64,000 nucleotides of DNA from Hemiscyllium ocellatum. Its lineage: Eukaryota. The first letter of the stretch is position 1. Each line of letters begins with the position of its first letter. The stretch spans positions 4,004,117 through 4,068,116 of the forward strand of contig NC_083410.1 in NCBI RefSeq assembly GCF_020745735.1. The letters run 5' to 3'. Of this stretch, positions 1 through 14,100 are shown one piece after another. Both the position numbers and the translations under genes were made by a program. The notes under the pieces were generated by a model. That model searched no databases, was not told the origin of the DNA, and was given only the letters and a program-made list of their open reading frames with translations.

Positions 1-150
1 TTCTGGGAGTTTTGAACATATTTACCTGGAGCTTTGTGTTGAATGTCGCTGAGAGCTTGACTTCAGACCCCATGTTGGCTCAGGTAATTCCTGGGGGTTT
101 CTCTTCTCCTTTCCCCATTGTGGCTGAGGGAGAAGCCAATAGCAGATCAG
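1..150 (+). other. Non-TE segment paralogous to the reverse complement of 60395-60540; possible remnant of an Ig-family exon start
   Basis: ttctgggagt...gccaatagcagatca aligns with the reverse complement of about 60395-60540. Frame 3 reads LGVLNIFTWSFVLNVAESLTSDPMLAQVIPGGFSSPFPIVAEGE; DPxLxQ and VAEGE echo V3 of gene A. Homology stops where a CR1 3' end begins near 150. Confidence 0.4.
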
Positions 151-1015
151 TATCGACCATGATGCCAGTCTAAAGAATCCCATCTGCATACACATGGCCC
201 ATATCCCTCTATTCCCTCCCTGTATAAGTGTCAGTCTAAATGCCTCTAAAACGTTCCTGTTTCTACCATCTCCCCTGGCAGTGCAATACAGGCACTGACC
301 ACCATCTGTGTAAAAACCTTTCCTCACACATTATTAATAAATATTCTCCCTCTGCAAAATTTATTCTCCCTCACCTCCTGCCACCAGTATTTGACATTTG
401 CATCCTGGCAAAAATACTCTGACTATCCACCTTATCCATGACTCTCATAATTTTATAAATTTATATCAGATCATCCCCTAGCCTCTGACACTTTTCTGAA
501 AACAATCCACATTTGTCCACCCTGTTCTTGTAGACTAATACACTCCAATCCAGGCAACATCCTGGTAATCCTCTTTTGCACCCTCTCCAAAGCCTCCATA
601 TCCTTGCAGCACTGTGCTGACCAGAACAGCACACAATACTCGAAATGTGGCTGAACTAAAATGCAATACAGCTGCAACATGACGTGCCAATTTTTATAAT
701 CAACACCCCAACCAAAGAAAACAGGCCGTGTGCCTTCTTTCCCACTTTATTCACTTGTAAGACCACTTTCCAGGAGCTATGGGCTTACATATCTAATCCT
801 TTTGTTTTTCAATTCTCATAAGGTTCCTGCCATTTACTGTCTGCTTTCCTCTGACAAGTGACTTCCCAAAATGCATCACATTTGTCCAAATGAAACTGCT
901 CTGCCATTTCTTGACCCAAATTTCCAACTGAATGAAATCCCACTGTATCTTTTGACAACCTTACTCACTATCCAAAATCCTCCAATTTTTGTGACATTTC
1001 AAACTTATTAAAACA
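150..1015 (-). mobile_element. CR1 LINE 3' fragment
   Basis: ORF 471-680 LVQPHFEYCVLFWS...LERVQKRITRML is the typical CR1 RT C-terminus. Confidence 0.85.
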
Positions 1016-1024
1016 CAAAATTAT

Positions 1025-4000
1025 AGTAAATCGAGCAGGAGTAGGCCATTTGGCCCTTCGAGCCTGCATGACCATTCAATAGAATCATGGCTGATCATGT
1101 AATTTCTGTATCCCATTGCTGCCGTCTCACCACACCGTTTGATCCACAAAGGGTCATGTCCAGCTTCATCTTGAATATATCAAACGAATTTGCCCAACAG
1201 CTTCCTGTGGGAGAGAATTCCACAGGTTCACAACTCTGAGTGAAGAAATTCTTCCTCATCTCAGTGTTGAGTGGTTTACTCCTTATTCTTAGATCATGAC
1301 CCCTAGTTCTGGACTTCCCCAACATTGGGAACATTCTTCCTGTATTTAGCCTGTCCAGTCACATCAGGATTTTTTATGTTTCTGTGAAATCCTCCCTCAT
1401 TCATTTAAGTTCCAGTGAGTACAAGCCCAGTTGATCCAATCTTTCCTCATATGTCAGCCCTGCCATTCCATGAATCAGTCTGGTGAACCTTGACTGCATT
1501 CCTTTTAAAATGTCCTTCCTCAGATGAGGAGAACAAAACTGCACACAATACTCAAGGTGTGGCCTTACCAAGACCCTGTATAACTGCAGCAAGACATCCT
1601 TACTCAAATCCTCTCACTCTGAACGTCAGCATGTCATTAGATTTCCTCACTGCCTGCTGCACCTACGTGCCAACCTTCAGCGACTGTTCCACCATGACGC
1701 CTATGTTTCATTGCACCTCACCTCTTCCTAAACAGCCACCATTCAGATCATAAAGTGCTATCCTGGTTTTTGTGGCCAAAGTGGATAACCTCACATTTAT
1801 CCACATTATATTGCATTTGCCAAGTATTTGCCCACTCAGCCAGTCTGTCCAAATCACCCTGCAGCCTCTTTGCATCCTCCTCACAGCACATACTGCCACC
1901 CAACTTAGTGTCATCTGCAAATGTGGTGACATGGCATTCACTTAATTCGTTCAAATTGTTGATGTATATTGTGAACAGCTGGGGTCCCAGCACTGCACCC
2001 TGTGATACCAAACCCATCACTGCCTGCCAATCTGAAAAAGACCTGTTTATTCCAACTTTCTGCTTCCTGTCTGCCAATCAGTTCTCTATCCATATCAATA
2101 CATTACCACCGATACCATGAGCTTTGATTTACATTACTAATCTCTTAGAACATAGAACATAGAAAAATACAGCGCAGTACAGGCCCTTCAGCCCTCGATG
2201 TTGCACTGATCCAAGCCCACCTAACCTACACTAGCCCACTACCTCCATATGCCTATCCAATGCCTGTTTAAATGCCCATAAAGAGGGAGAGTCCACCACT
2301 GTTACTGGCAGAGCATTCCATGAACTCACAACTCGCTGAGTAAAGAATCTACCCCTAACATCAGTTCTACACCTACCACCCCTTAATTTGAAGCTATGCC
2401 CCCTCGTAATATCTGATTCCATTCGTGGAAAAAGGTTCTCATGGTCAACCCTATCTAAACCCTACCTAGTCATCTTGTACACCTCTAACAAGTCACCCCT
2501 AAACCTTCTTTTCTCCAATGAAAACAGCAAATTGCATTTGCTGTTTTGTGTGGGACTTGTGATTTGTGTGGGACGTGTGATTTGTGTGGGACTTTGTCAA
2601 AGTCTTTGGAAAGTCCAAATACACAACATCTACTAATTCACCCTTGTCCACTCTACTGGTCACATCCCCAAAAAATTCCAGAAGATTTGTCAAGTATGAT
2701 TTCCCTTTAATGAATCCATGCTGACTAGGATCGATTCTGTCAGCACTTTCCAAATGCTCAGTTATTACATATTTAATGTTTGACTCCAGCATTTTCACCA
2801 CCACTGATGTCAAGCTAACCTGCCTATACTTATAGATTTCTTACTGTATGGAAATAGGCCCTGTGTACCAACAAGGTTATACTTCCCCATTTACTCTCTC
2901 TGTTTTTTTTAAAAGAATGGGGTTACATTACCTGCAGTCCAATTTATTGGAACACTTTCAGAATCTACAGAATGTCGGAAAATGATCACCACTGCATCCA
3001 ATATTTCTAGAGCCACTTCCTTAAGTACTCTAGGATGCAAAGCATCAGTCCTTGGGGACTTATCAGGTTTTAATTCCATCAGTTTCCCCAATACCATTTC
3101 CTGAGCAATAAGGATTTCCTGCAATATCTCCTTCATACTTGACCCTCTGTTGCTCAGCATTTTCTGAAGGAAGATCCAAAATATTTGTTCAACTGACGAA
3201 AGAAAAAAAAACAAATTAATTGTGGCTGCTGCAAATCAGAATCAAAAACAGAAGTGGCTGGAAAAGCTCTGCAGGTCTGGCAGCATCAGTGCAGAGAAAT
3301 CAGAGTTGACGTTTTGGGTCCAGTAACACTTCCTTAGAACTGTTATGTGGAAAGGTCACCAGACCTGAAACATTAACTGATTTCTCTGCTCAGATGCTAC
3401 CAAACCTGCAGAGCTTTTCCAACAACTTGCATTGTTCAAGTGGTCCACCATTTCTTTGTTGTTCAATGTGAACTCACCTGATTCTAATTGTATCTACATT
3501 TGTCTTCACCAATCATTTGTTGATTCCATATCACGCAAGGATTTTACCGTCAGTTTTTATGTTTTCCACAAGCATAATTTCATATTCTATTTTTTCTTTC
3601 CGAATTAAAGCCTTTGTCCTCCTCTGCTGAATTTTAAATTTCTCCCAGTCGTCAGGTTTGCTGCTTTTTGCTGGTGAAGTTATGCATCTCATCTTTGGCT
3701 TTAACACTGTTCCTGATTTCCCTTGGTAGCCATGGTTGAGCCACCTTCACTGTTTTACTGTTATGCCAAACAGGGATATAGAATTGTTGAGGTTCATCCA
3801 TGTGCTCTTTTAATGTCTGCCATTATCTATCCACCATTAATCCCATAAGTATCCTTGGCCAGATTATCCTATACAATACATGCTTCATACCATCAACGTT
3901 AACTTTATTATTTTCAAGACCCTACTTCAGATTTGATTGTGTCACTCTCCATTTTAATGAAGAATGCTACCATATTATGGTTACTCTTCCCATAGGATCT

Positions 4001-4095
4001 CACACCACAATGTTGCTAATTAATCTTCCCTCATTACACAATGGCCAGTCTAGGGTGGCCTGTTGTCCAGTTGGTTTCTTGACATATTGCCAAGG
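1025..4095 (-). mobile_element. Degraded CR1 LINE ORF2 with nested CR1 3' end (about 2146-2525) and short Penelope-derived insert (about 3230-3440)
   Basis: RT motifs GAVLGPQLFTIYIN, FADDTKLGG, HGFIKGKSYLTNLL, VDVVYLDF, KSPRTDALHPRVLKE. catagaa tail repeats at 2146-2163. Confidence 0.85.
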
Positions 4096-6950
4096 AAAAT
4101 ATCCCACAAACATTCCATCGGGTGGCAACTTCGAGGGATCTATGTACTTGCACACACAGATCCCTCTGTTCCTCCACACTGCCAAGAATCCTGTCTTTAA
4201 TCCTATATTCAGCATTCAAGTTTGACCTTCCAAAATGCATCACTTCGAATTTATCCAGGTTGAACTCCATCTGCCAATTCTCAGCCCAACTTTGCATCCT
4301 GTCTATGTCACACTGCAGCCTGCAATAGCCCTCAATACTATCAACGACACCTCCAACCTTTGTGTCATCTGCAAATTTACTAACCCACTCCTCAACCTCT
4401 TTATCCAAGTCATTTATAAAAACTACAAAGAGCAGAGACCCAAGAACACAGCCCTGCAGGATCCCACTCAACACTGACCTCCAGGCAGAATACTTTCCAT
4501 CTACAACTACTGCCTTCTGTCAGCCAACCAGTTTGTAATCCAAATAGCCAAATCTCCCTGAATCCCATACCTCCTGGCTTTATGAATGAGCCTACCATGG
4601 GGAACCTTATCAAATGCCTTGCTGAAGTCCAAATACACTACATCCACTGCTGGACCTTCATTGACCTGTGTTGTCACCTTCTCAAAGAACTCAATAAGAT
4701 TTGTGAGACATGACCTGCCCCTCATAAAGCTATGCTGACTGCCTTTAATTACACTATGCTTTGCCAAACAGTCATAAATCCTATCCCTCAGAATTCTTTA
4801 CAACACTTTGCTGACCACAAACGTAAGACTGACTGGCCTGTAATTGTCAGGGATTTCCCTATTACCCTTCTTGAAAAGGGGAACAATATTTGCCTCCTTC
4901 CATTCCTCCGATACAACCCCTGTGGAGAGTAAGGAGGCAAAGATCCTCGCCAGTGGCTTAGCAACTTCCTTTCTCACTTCCCGGAGCAGCCTAGGATAAA
5001 TCTGGTCTGGCTCTGGGGACTTATCAATCTTAATGTTTGCCAAAATTTCCAGCACATCAACTTCATCAATCTTGATCTGGTCAAGCCTGTAACCCAGCTC
5101 CTCAAAGTTTTCATTCACAACAAGGTCCCTTTCCTTCTGAAAACCAAAGCAAAAAACTCATTTATGGCTTCCCCTATCTGCTCAGACTCCATGCACAAGT
5201 TCCCTCCACTATCCCTGATTGGCCCTGCCTTCTCCCTGATCATTCTCTTCTTTCTCATGTCTGAGAAAAATGCCTTTGGGTTCTCCCTAATCTTTCCTAC
5301 CAAACCTTTTTTGTGCCCTCTCCTGGCTCTCCTCAGTGTACTTCTGAGCTCCTTTCTAGCCAGCCTATAATCCTCTAAAGCTGTGCTAGATCCTTGCTTC
5401 CTCCACCTTACATAAGCTGCCTTCTTCCTTTTGACAAGAAGCTCCTCTGTTCTCATCATCCAAGATTCCGTAATCTTACCCCTTCTTACCTGTCTCAGAG
5501 GAACAAATTCGTGCAGCACTCACAACAACTGCTCCTTAAACAGTCTCTACACATATGCTGTGCCCTTTCTGTGGAACAATTGATCCCAGTCTGTACTTCC
5601 CAACTCCTGCCTGATAGCGTCATAATTTCCTTTTCCCCAATTAAATATCTTCCCTCGGTAATTGCTCCTTTCCCTCTCCAAGGCGATGGTAAATGTGAGG
5701 CAGTTGTGGTCACTGTCACCAAAGTGTTCTCCCACCATGTGGATAGATGGTGGATAGACTTCAGGCTATCAGGGAATGAGTTACTCGCTGCAGTATCCCT
5801 CATCTTGTAGTCACTGTGTTTATGTGGTGTGTCTAATTTAGCTTCTGGTCAATGGTAATCCCAAGGGTTTTGACAGTGGGGGATTCAGTGATGGTAACAT
5901 CATTGAATGTCAAGGGGTGGTAGTTAGAGTATCTCTTCTTGGTGATTGGCACGTGGTAATTGTAGCAATCCTGAGATTACTACCTTTGCGATCCTACTTT
6001 TTAATTTAACTCCAAACTCCCTATCAGATTGTGGGATCTCATCCTGTCCTGTTTTTCACTGAGATCATTGGTACCTATATGCCCTCCAACAGCTGGCTGT
6101 TTATCCTCACCCTCTTGAATATTCTGCAGCAGTTCCAAGACATCCTTGACCCTTGGAACAGGGAAGCAACATACCATCTTAGACTCTCATTTACAACTGC
6201 AGAAACATGTTTTTAATCCTCTTATAATTGAATCCCCAATCACTACAGCCCTGACACTCTTCTTCCTGCCCTCCTGTGCAGCAGAGCCAACCATTGTGCC
6301 ATGAACCCAGCTGCTACCACCTTCCCCTGGTGAGCCATCTCCCCCAACAGTATCCAAAATAGTTATACCTGTTATGGAAGGTATTGATGACAGGGCACAA
6401 CTGTACTGTCATCCAACTCTTCCTCTGTCTAATGGTCACCCAGTCCCTATCTTTCTCAGTAATTTTTATCTGCAGTGTGACCAACTTACTGAACCTGCTA
6501 TCCACGACTCCCTCAGCATCACAGATGCTTCACAGTGAATCCAGTCGGAACTCCAGAGCTGTCAAGCGGTCAGGCAGGAGCTACAGCTGGACTCATGTCC
6601 TGCTCATGAAGGAGTCAGGGACATCAGAACGGTCTCTGAGTTTCTGCACAGGAGGAACATGACACGGGTCTTGGATCTCCTGCTATGTTCCAGTCAACAA
6701 CAGGAGCACAATGAAGAGAAAATAAAAGAAGAAAAGCTATTCACCAGTCACTCACATACCTGCTGCTTGTGACTTCACGGGTATATGTCCTTCTGCTTCT
6801 CCGTTACTCTCTGGTCTTGAGCAGCTGCAGGTGTTTGCTCCTCCTCCAACTGCCTTACCTCACCGCTGCTCGCCCTCCTCACTGAGGCCCCGTATTGATG
6901 TAAGCGTACACTTCAACTCCAGCAGCACTACACCCACAAAGCAGCCCTTC
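4095..6950 (-). mobile_element. CR1 LINE, long degraded copy (ORF2 RT/EN, ORF1 zinc-finger remnant, 5' UTR)
   Basis: ORFs at 4034-5803 carry KFADDTKVGG, HSFMRGRSCLTNL, NYRPVSLT and FGDSDHN. Near 6680 the minus strand reads MAGDPRPVSCSSC, typical of CR1 ORF1. Confidence 0.85.
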
Positions 6951-6989
6951 TTAAAATATTCACTGTGCTAAAGTTGTCTTCCTTTTATT

Positions 6990-7165
6990 AACTAGGCAAA
7001 AGTGAGGACTGCAGATGCTGGAGATTAGAGTGAAGATTAGCGTGTTGCTGGAAAAGCACAGCACGTCAGGCAGCATCTGAGGAGTCCCTGCCCGAAACAT
7101 TGATTTTCCTGCTCCTCAGTTGCTGCCTGACTTGCTGTGCTTTAGCAACAGCATACTAATGTTGT
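6990..7165 (+). mobile_element. Short Penelope-derived hairpin element
   Basis: gcagatgctggag...gcagcatc...cccgaaac...gctgcctgac inverted arms, flanked by an imperfect direct repeat gttgtcttcctt(t/c)tatt. Confidence 0.7.
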
Positions 7166-7254
7166 CTTCCTTCTATTTACTCCTGGGCAGTGACTACGAT
7201 GACTCCTCCCAGAATCCTTCTCAGCCACATCCTCTGATCAGACTGAACATATTT

Positions 7255-8935
7255 TCATAGAACATAGAACAGCACAGAACAGGCCCTTTGGCCCACGATT
7301 TCTGCCGAGGTTTAATCCTAATGTAAAATATAATAACTTAACCTACACACCCCTCAACTCACTGCTCTCCATGTGCCTGTCCAGCAGTTTCTTAAATGTC
7401 CCTATTGACTCTGCTTCCACCACCACCACTGGAAACACATTCCATGCATTCACTACTCTCTGCGTAAAGAACCTAACACTGACATCTCCTCTGAGCTTTC
7501 CCTTAATATCTTATAACTATGACTCCTTCAACCCGTCAATCCTGCCCTGGGGAAGAGTCTCTAGCTATTGACTCCATCTATTTCTCTCATTATTTTGTAT
7601 GCCACAATTAGGTCTCCTCTCTTCCTCCTTCTCTCCAGAGAGAAAAGTCCGAGCTTTTTCATTCTTTCTTCATAAGGCAAGCCCAGGCAGCATCCTGGTA
7701 AACCTTCGTTGCGCCCTCTCCAAAGCCTCTGTATCTTTCCTATAGTAGGGCAACAAGAACTGGACAGAACATTCCAAGTGTGGTCTCACCAGGGACTTGT
7801 AGAGCTGGAGCTAAACCTCATGGCTCTCAAACAAGATCCCCCTGTTAATGAAAGCAAAAACACCATATAATTTCTTAATAACCAGATCCACTTGGGTAGC
7901 AACTTTGTGGGATCGATGTACCTGCACACCCAGATCCCTCTGTTCCTCCACACTACCTAGATTCCTATCTTTAATCCTATATTCAGCATTCGAGTTTGAC
8001 CTTCCAAAATGCATCACTTCGCATTTATCCAGGTTGAACTCCATCTGCCATTTCTCAGCCCAGCTCTGCAACCTGTCTATGTCACACTGCAGCCTGCAAT
8101 AGCCCTCAATACTATTGACGACACCTCCAACCTTTGTGTTATCTGCAAATTTACGAACCCACTCCTCAACCTCCTCATCCAAGTCATTTATAAAAACTAC
8201 AAAGTGCAGAGGCCCAAGAACACAGCCCTGCAGGATCCCACTCAACACTGATCTTCAGGCAGGATATTTTCCAACCACAACCACTCTCTGCCTTCTGTCA
8301 GGCAGCCAATTCTGAATCCAGATAGTCAAATCTCCCTGCAAACTATACTTCCTGACTTTATGAATCAGCCTACTATGGAGAACTTATCAAATGCCTTGCT
8401 GAAGTCCATATACACCTCATCCACTTATTGACCTTCGTTGACCTGTCTTGTCACCTCCTCAAAGAACTCAGTATGAGTTGTGAGGCATGACCTGCCCCTC
8501 ACAAAGCCATGCTGACTGCCAAATAGACATAGATCCTATCCCTCAGAATTTTTTCCAAAACTTTGCTGACCACAGACATAAGACTGACTGGTCTGTTACT
8601 GCCAGGGATTTCCCTATTACCCTTCTTGAAAAGTAGAACAACATTTGCCTCCTTTGAGTCCTCCAGTACGACTCCCATGTAGAGTGAGGAGGCAAAGATC
8701 TTTGCTGGCAGCTTGGCAATCTCCTTTCTTGCTTCCCAGAGTAGCCTAGGATAAATCTGGTCTGGACCTGGGGGCTTATCAATCTTAATGTTTTCCAAAA
8801 TTTCCAGCTCATCAACTTCATCAATCTTAATCTGGTGAAGCCTGTATCCCAGTTCCTCAAAGTTCTCATTCACAACAAGGTCCCTTTACTTCATGAAAAC
8901 CAAAGCAAAAAAAATCATTTAGGGCTTCCCCTATC
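7255..8935 (-). mobile_element. CR1 LINE, 5'-truncated with 3' tail; same subfamily as 4095-5160
   Basis: ORFs 7811-8248 and 8499-8873 nearly match those at 4034-5118. catagaa tail at 7256-7270. Confidence 0.85.
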
Positions 8936-10860
8936 TGTTCAGACTCTACTCACAAGTTCCCTCGCTATCCCTGATCGGCCCTACCTTCTCCCTGACCATT
9001 CTCTTATGCATCTCTTTCATCCAAATTATTTGCATATATGATAAGCAACAGAGGTCCCATCACTGATCCTTGCAGAATACCACTGATCACATACCTCCAG
9101 ATAGTAAAACACCTTGCCACAGTAACCCCCTGTCTTCTGTGACCAAGCCAATTTTGTATCCAATGTACCAAGTCACCATGGATCCCATGTGAATTAATCT
9201 TCTGCACCTGCCTACCATGACAGACCTTGTCAACTGCTTTAGTAATGTTCATGTAGACAACACCAACTGTCTGATCCTCATCAGTCATGTTTGTCACTTC
9301 TTCAAAAAACACTATCAAATATGTAGATATCACATCCTCCATACAAAGCCATGCTGACTATCCCTAATAAGTCCATGCTTTTCCAAATAAGGAAAAAAAA
9401 ACGATCAGATATATTTTCTAATTATTTCCTTACCATTGATGTAAAGCTCACCAGCCTATAATTTCTTAGATTTTCCCTATTATCCTTCTTAAACAAACGA
9501 ACAATATTGACTATTCTCCAGGCTTCTGGGACTTCACATGTGGCGAACGAGGATATAAAGACCTCTTGCGGGCCCCAGCAATTTCCTCTCTTTCCTCCTA
9601 TCGTATCCTGGGACACTCCCATCAGGCCCTGGGGTGTTTTCAAATAAAATATTTTTCAAACCACCCATCCAGCACCTCCTCCTTTTTGTCAACATGCCCA
9701 AGAATATTAAGGACCTCTCCCTGATTTTATCATCATCATGTCCTTCTCCTTTCTGAATATTGATGCAATTAAGGACCACACCACTTCCCCTGGCTCCATG
9801 CATACATTACCTCCTTTGCCCTTGAGTGACCCTTCCCTTTCATTAGCTACCTTCTTGTTTCCAATTAATGGGTAAAATACCTTGGGTTTCTCCTTAATCC
9901 AATGTGCCAAGGACATTTCATGGTCACTCCCCTCTGCCACCCCCCCTCTCTTTATTCCACATTTCAGTTCTTTCTTGCTTCCTTTGTATTCCTCAAGGGC
10001 GTTATATGATTTCAATTTCCTAAACCCTATAATTTCAATCAATGGACCAGGTTCATTCCCAAGTACAAAATCCAGAACAGCTTCGTTACTTTTTGGACCA
10101 TCTACATATTGTTTCAAGAAAGCCTCCCTGTTTGCAATGAATAAATTCAGCCCCATCGAAATCTCTGGCACCAAAGGAGTCCACATCAATGCTGTAGACT
10201 TTAAAATCACCCACTGAATCAAACCTGCTGTTTTTTTGATTGAGAAATACAGACAGAGTCATACAGCATAGAAAGAGACACTTTGATTCAATGCATCTCT
10301 GCTGACCAGATATCCCAATCTAATATAGACCCATTTGTCAACATTTAGCCCATAACCATCTCAATGAATCCCATTCATACACTCATCCAGATTCCTTTTA
10401 AATGTTGTAATTGTACCCACCCCTACTATTTCCTCTGACAGCTCATTCCATATGCACACAACTATCCGCTTGGAAAAGTTACCACTCAGGTCCTCATACC
10501 CCTGGGGTCCATGCCCCTCATGATTTTATAAACCTCCATACAATCACCCTTCAATCTCCAACTCTCTGAGGAAAAACGTCCCAGCCTATTCAGCATCTCC
10601 CTATAGCTCAAACCCTTCAGTCCTGGCAAAGCCTTTGAAATTTTTTCTACAACTTCTCAAGTTAAACAACATCTTTCAGATGGAAAGGCAACTAGAAATT
10701 ATAGCAATATTCTACAGGTTGCCTCACCAACGTCTTGCAGTGCCATAGCATGACATCCCAACTGCTGTACTCAATGTCATGTCCAACAAAGTCAAGTGTA
10801 TCAAATACTTGCTTCACCATCCTCTCTACATGTGAATTCACTTTCAAGAAACTATGAAGC
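8935..10860 (-). mobile_element. CR1 LINE fragments (older subfamilies)
   Basis: AVDKVCHGR, GSVMGPLLLIIYANNLD, AVLDFVLGNEPG motifs. Confidence 0.75.
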
Positions 10861-10883
10861 TGCATCCCAAGCTCTTTTTAAAA

Positions 10884-11118
10884 TGACAGCACACAGGGTG
10901 AAGTAACTCCACAAAGGCCGGTATCCCATGACCCAGATGGCCTTTATTAAATCATGCAGACATTCTTAGACAGAGGTCCAGCTTCCCGCTCTCAGAGTGA
11001 GCAGAATCTCTAACATTCCTGTTTATATCTTTCAGCCAGGGCTCTCTGATTGGACCAGGTTAACAGCCCCAACAGGGAATTCATATTCTGAGATGTCCAC
11101 CTGGCTGAACTTGTTACA
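10884..11118. mobile_element. Short TG...CA-bounded solo-LTR-like element; related copy at about 21130-21246
   Basis: Starts tgacagc and ends tgttaca. cagccagg...tggaccaggttaac...ctggctga is shared with 21130-21246. Confidence 0.45.
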
Positions 11119-11119
11119 A

Positions 11120-14100
11120 TCACCACATCCTTTCGCCTCTATGTCCGGGGATGTAGGCCTGTTCTTTCTCTTTCAACTAATTCAAATCTGTTTTGTCTTT
11201 TCCAGGAATCCAGCTGTTCATGTTGCTTGACTAAATGGTTTTTTTCAGAACACTTAATTGAGTCAGGTGGTTCTGCTGTTTTATCTCTCTTAAAGGCACA
11301 GTGCACCCACATCTTCATAACACCTCCCCCCCCACCACCCATGTCCCAAAGAAAAACTGAACCATCATAATGAAAAGATGGCTTCACTTTTTTCTCTATT
11401 TTTTAAACACATTACCCTAACATGCAGTTAACATTAATTTAAGTTCACCTTATCTTCTTCCCATATACCTATTCATCTAAACTCACTCAGTTAAATCCAC
11501 AATAGTGCAGCTGCGTCTACATTCTTTCATTGTGATTCATATGATTGTTAAACTACAGGTCTGTAACGTAAGACTTCAACAAAATCAACTCATATTCGTG
11601 TCTTTAAATTGTTCCAAGAATGTAAGAGGATTGTGATCTGTGTACACAACCGTCTCTGACACATTGTTCATGACATACACATTAAAATGTTGTAAGGCCA
11701 GTACCAAACTCAAAAGATCCCTTTCGTTTGTGGAGTATTCCTTCCGGTGGATGCTGATCTTCTTTGAAAAGTAATAAACTGACATTTCAACCCCATCATC
11801 TTCGTGTAGGAATATTTCTCCAACTCCTATGTCACTAGCATCGATGGCAACTTGAAAAGCTTTTGAAAGGTTTGGTGTAGCTAAAACTGGTTTGTTTGTT
11901 AATATGGCTTTCAAATGGTCAAATGCCTCCTAGCATTGTTCTGTCCACTGATACTTTGTGTTCTTCTTCAGCCAATTGGTTAACGGTGCCACTACACTGC
12001 TGAAGTTTGGAATAAACATCTAATAGAATCTGCTCAATCCTAAGAATCAAAACACCTCTTTCTTCGAGATTAAACATGGAAATTCCTCAATAGCCTTTGT
12101 CTTTGCATTCCATGGGGTCAACCTTCCATGACTGATGTTATGACCCAAGAACGTCACCTCTGCTTTTGCAAATTCAGTTTTATTTAGGTTTATCACCAGA
12201 TTCGCTTCTAATAGTCATTCAAAGAACTCTGCCAACTGTATCATGTTATGTTTCCAGGACTTACTAAAAATCACTACATCGTCCAAATAGACTGCACTGT
12301 TTGTTAACTCAATCACAACTCTGTTCAGGAGTCCTTGGAATGTGGCGGGTGCGTTATTCATTCCAAAGGGCATCACTTTTAACTGATATAGCCCATTTGC
12401 GATTTCAAACACAGAAATTTATTTCACCGTCTCCCGATAAAGGTACCTGTCATAACCTATGCATTAAGTCCAACTAGTGATATAACTGGCTTGTCTGACT
12501 TTCTTGATACAGTCCTCCAATCGAAAAATTGGATACTAGTCCGATTTTGTAATGGTGTTGACCTTCCGCTAATCCATGCAGAATCATTGAGTCCCATCAG
12601 GTTTAGGAACTAAGATGATCGGCGAACTCCACTCGCTCTGGCTTGGTTCAATTATGCCCTCGTCGAGTATGACCTCCACCTCCTTCTGCACCTGTCTGGC
12701 TTTGAAAGGATTAAGCCGCTGGGAATGTTGTTTTATCGGAGCAGTATTCCTGAAGTTTACTTCATGTACAATAGCATTTGTCCTCCCCATCTGATTCTTA
12801 CATATGTCCTGATACTGCAGTCACAAATCTTTCAACTGCGTTCTATGCTCCTGAGACAGAGAACTTACTAACCTATCCCATTCCTCAAGGATTTTTTCAT
12901 TTTTAAATCTATTTTGAGGCGCATCAAAATCAAAATCATCTGGATTTGATTCCTCACTCTGCGGGACAGTAGCTAACACAGGTTTCTCCAGTTATTTCTC
13001 TCTCATATAATATGGTTTAAACCTGTTCGCATGACATTCTCAATGCCTTCATTTTCTATCTGACATCTTTAACTAAATAGTTGACCTGACTCAATGTTTT
13101 CTCAATTTGACAGGGACCACTAAACCTGGCTTTGAAGGGATCCCCTATCATTGTGACAGTACTAACACACCATCTCCTCGGGAAAACATCCGAGTCTCAG
13201 AGCTTTTATCTGCTCCCTGCTTCATTCTATACTTTGCCCTCTTTAGGTGCTGTTTAGCTAACTCACCAACTTCATTAATCTCTCTCTCACCTCTGATAAA
13301 TAATAAGTGTGAGGTCTCTGAATTTGGTCCTATCAATGTTTCTTTAATTAATTTCGAATGGCCTGTCCCTTCATGACCTAATATTAACTCAAAGGGAGTG
13401 AACTGAGTAGATTAATTTGGAGCATCCCTTTACCAAACGATACGAATGGGATACATTTATCCCAATCATTCGAGTAATCCTGATGGTATGCTCTCAACAT
13501 GGTCTTCAGGATCTGATGCCACCTTTCTAAAGTTCCCTGGGATTCAGGTTGATAGGCACTGGATTTAAAGTGCTGTATATCGAAGCTATCCATAAACTTC
13601 TTAAATGGCCAGCAGTAAAATTTGTCCCTTGTTCTGACTGAATCTCTCTGGGTAGACCATACCATATGAAGAAAGCTACGAAGTCTTCTACTACCCTTTT
13701 TGCATTGATACTCCGTAATGGAATTGCCTCCGGAAATCTGGTAGACACATCCAATATGGTTTAAAAATGTGTTGCTGGAAAAGCGCAGCAGGTCAGGCAG
13801 CATCAAAAGAACAGGAGAATCTACATTTCGGGCATAAGCCCTTCTTCAGCCCTGATTCAAGAAGAGGGGCTTATGCCCAAAATGTCGACTCTCCTGTTCC
13901 TTTGATGCTGCCTGACCTGCTGCGCTTTTCCAGCAACATATTGTTGAGCTCTGATCTCCAGCATCTGCAGTCCTCACTTTTTCCACATCCAATATGGTTA
14001 ACAAGTACTGGTTCCCACTTTTAGTTCTGGGGAGGGGAACTACACAATCAATTTTAACTCGCATGAAAGGTTCTTCAAATGTGAGAATTGGCAACAGAGT

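Noticed and set aside
150-215. Apparent continuation of a V domain (TM-ASLK...IH-W) after the segment at 1-150
   Set aside because: This sequence is the standard CR1 3' end on the minus strand; homology with the 60-kb paralog stops at about 150.
4095-8935. Near-identical blocks 4095-5160 and 7830-8930 as a local segmental duplication
   Set aside because: Similarity is confined to CR1 sequence, and a third copy lies at 36650-37990; independent insertions of one subfamily explain it.
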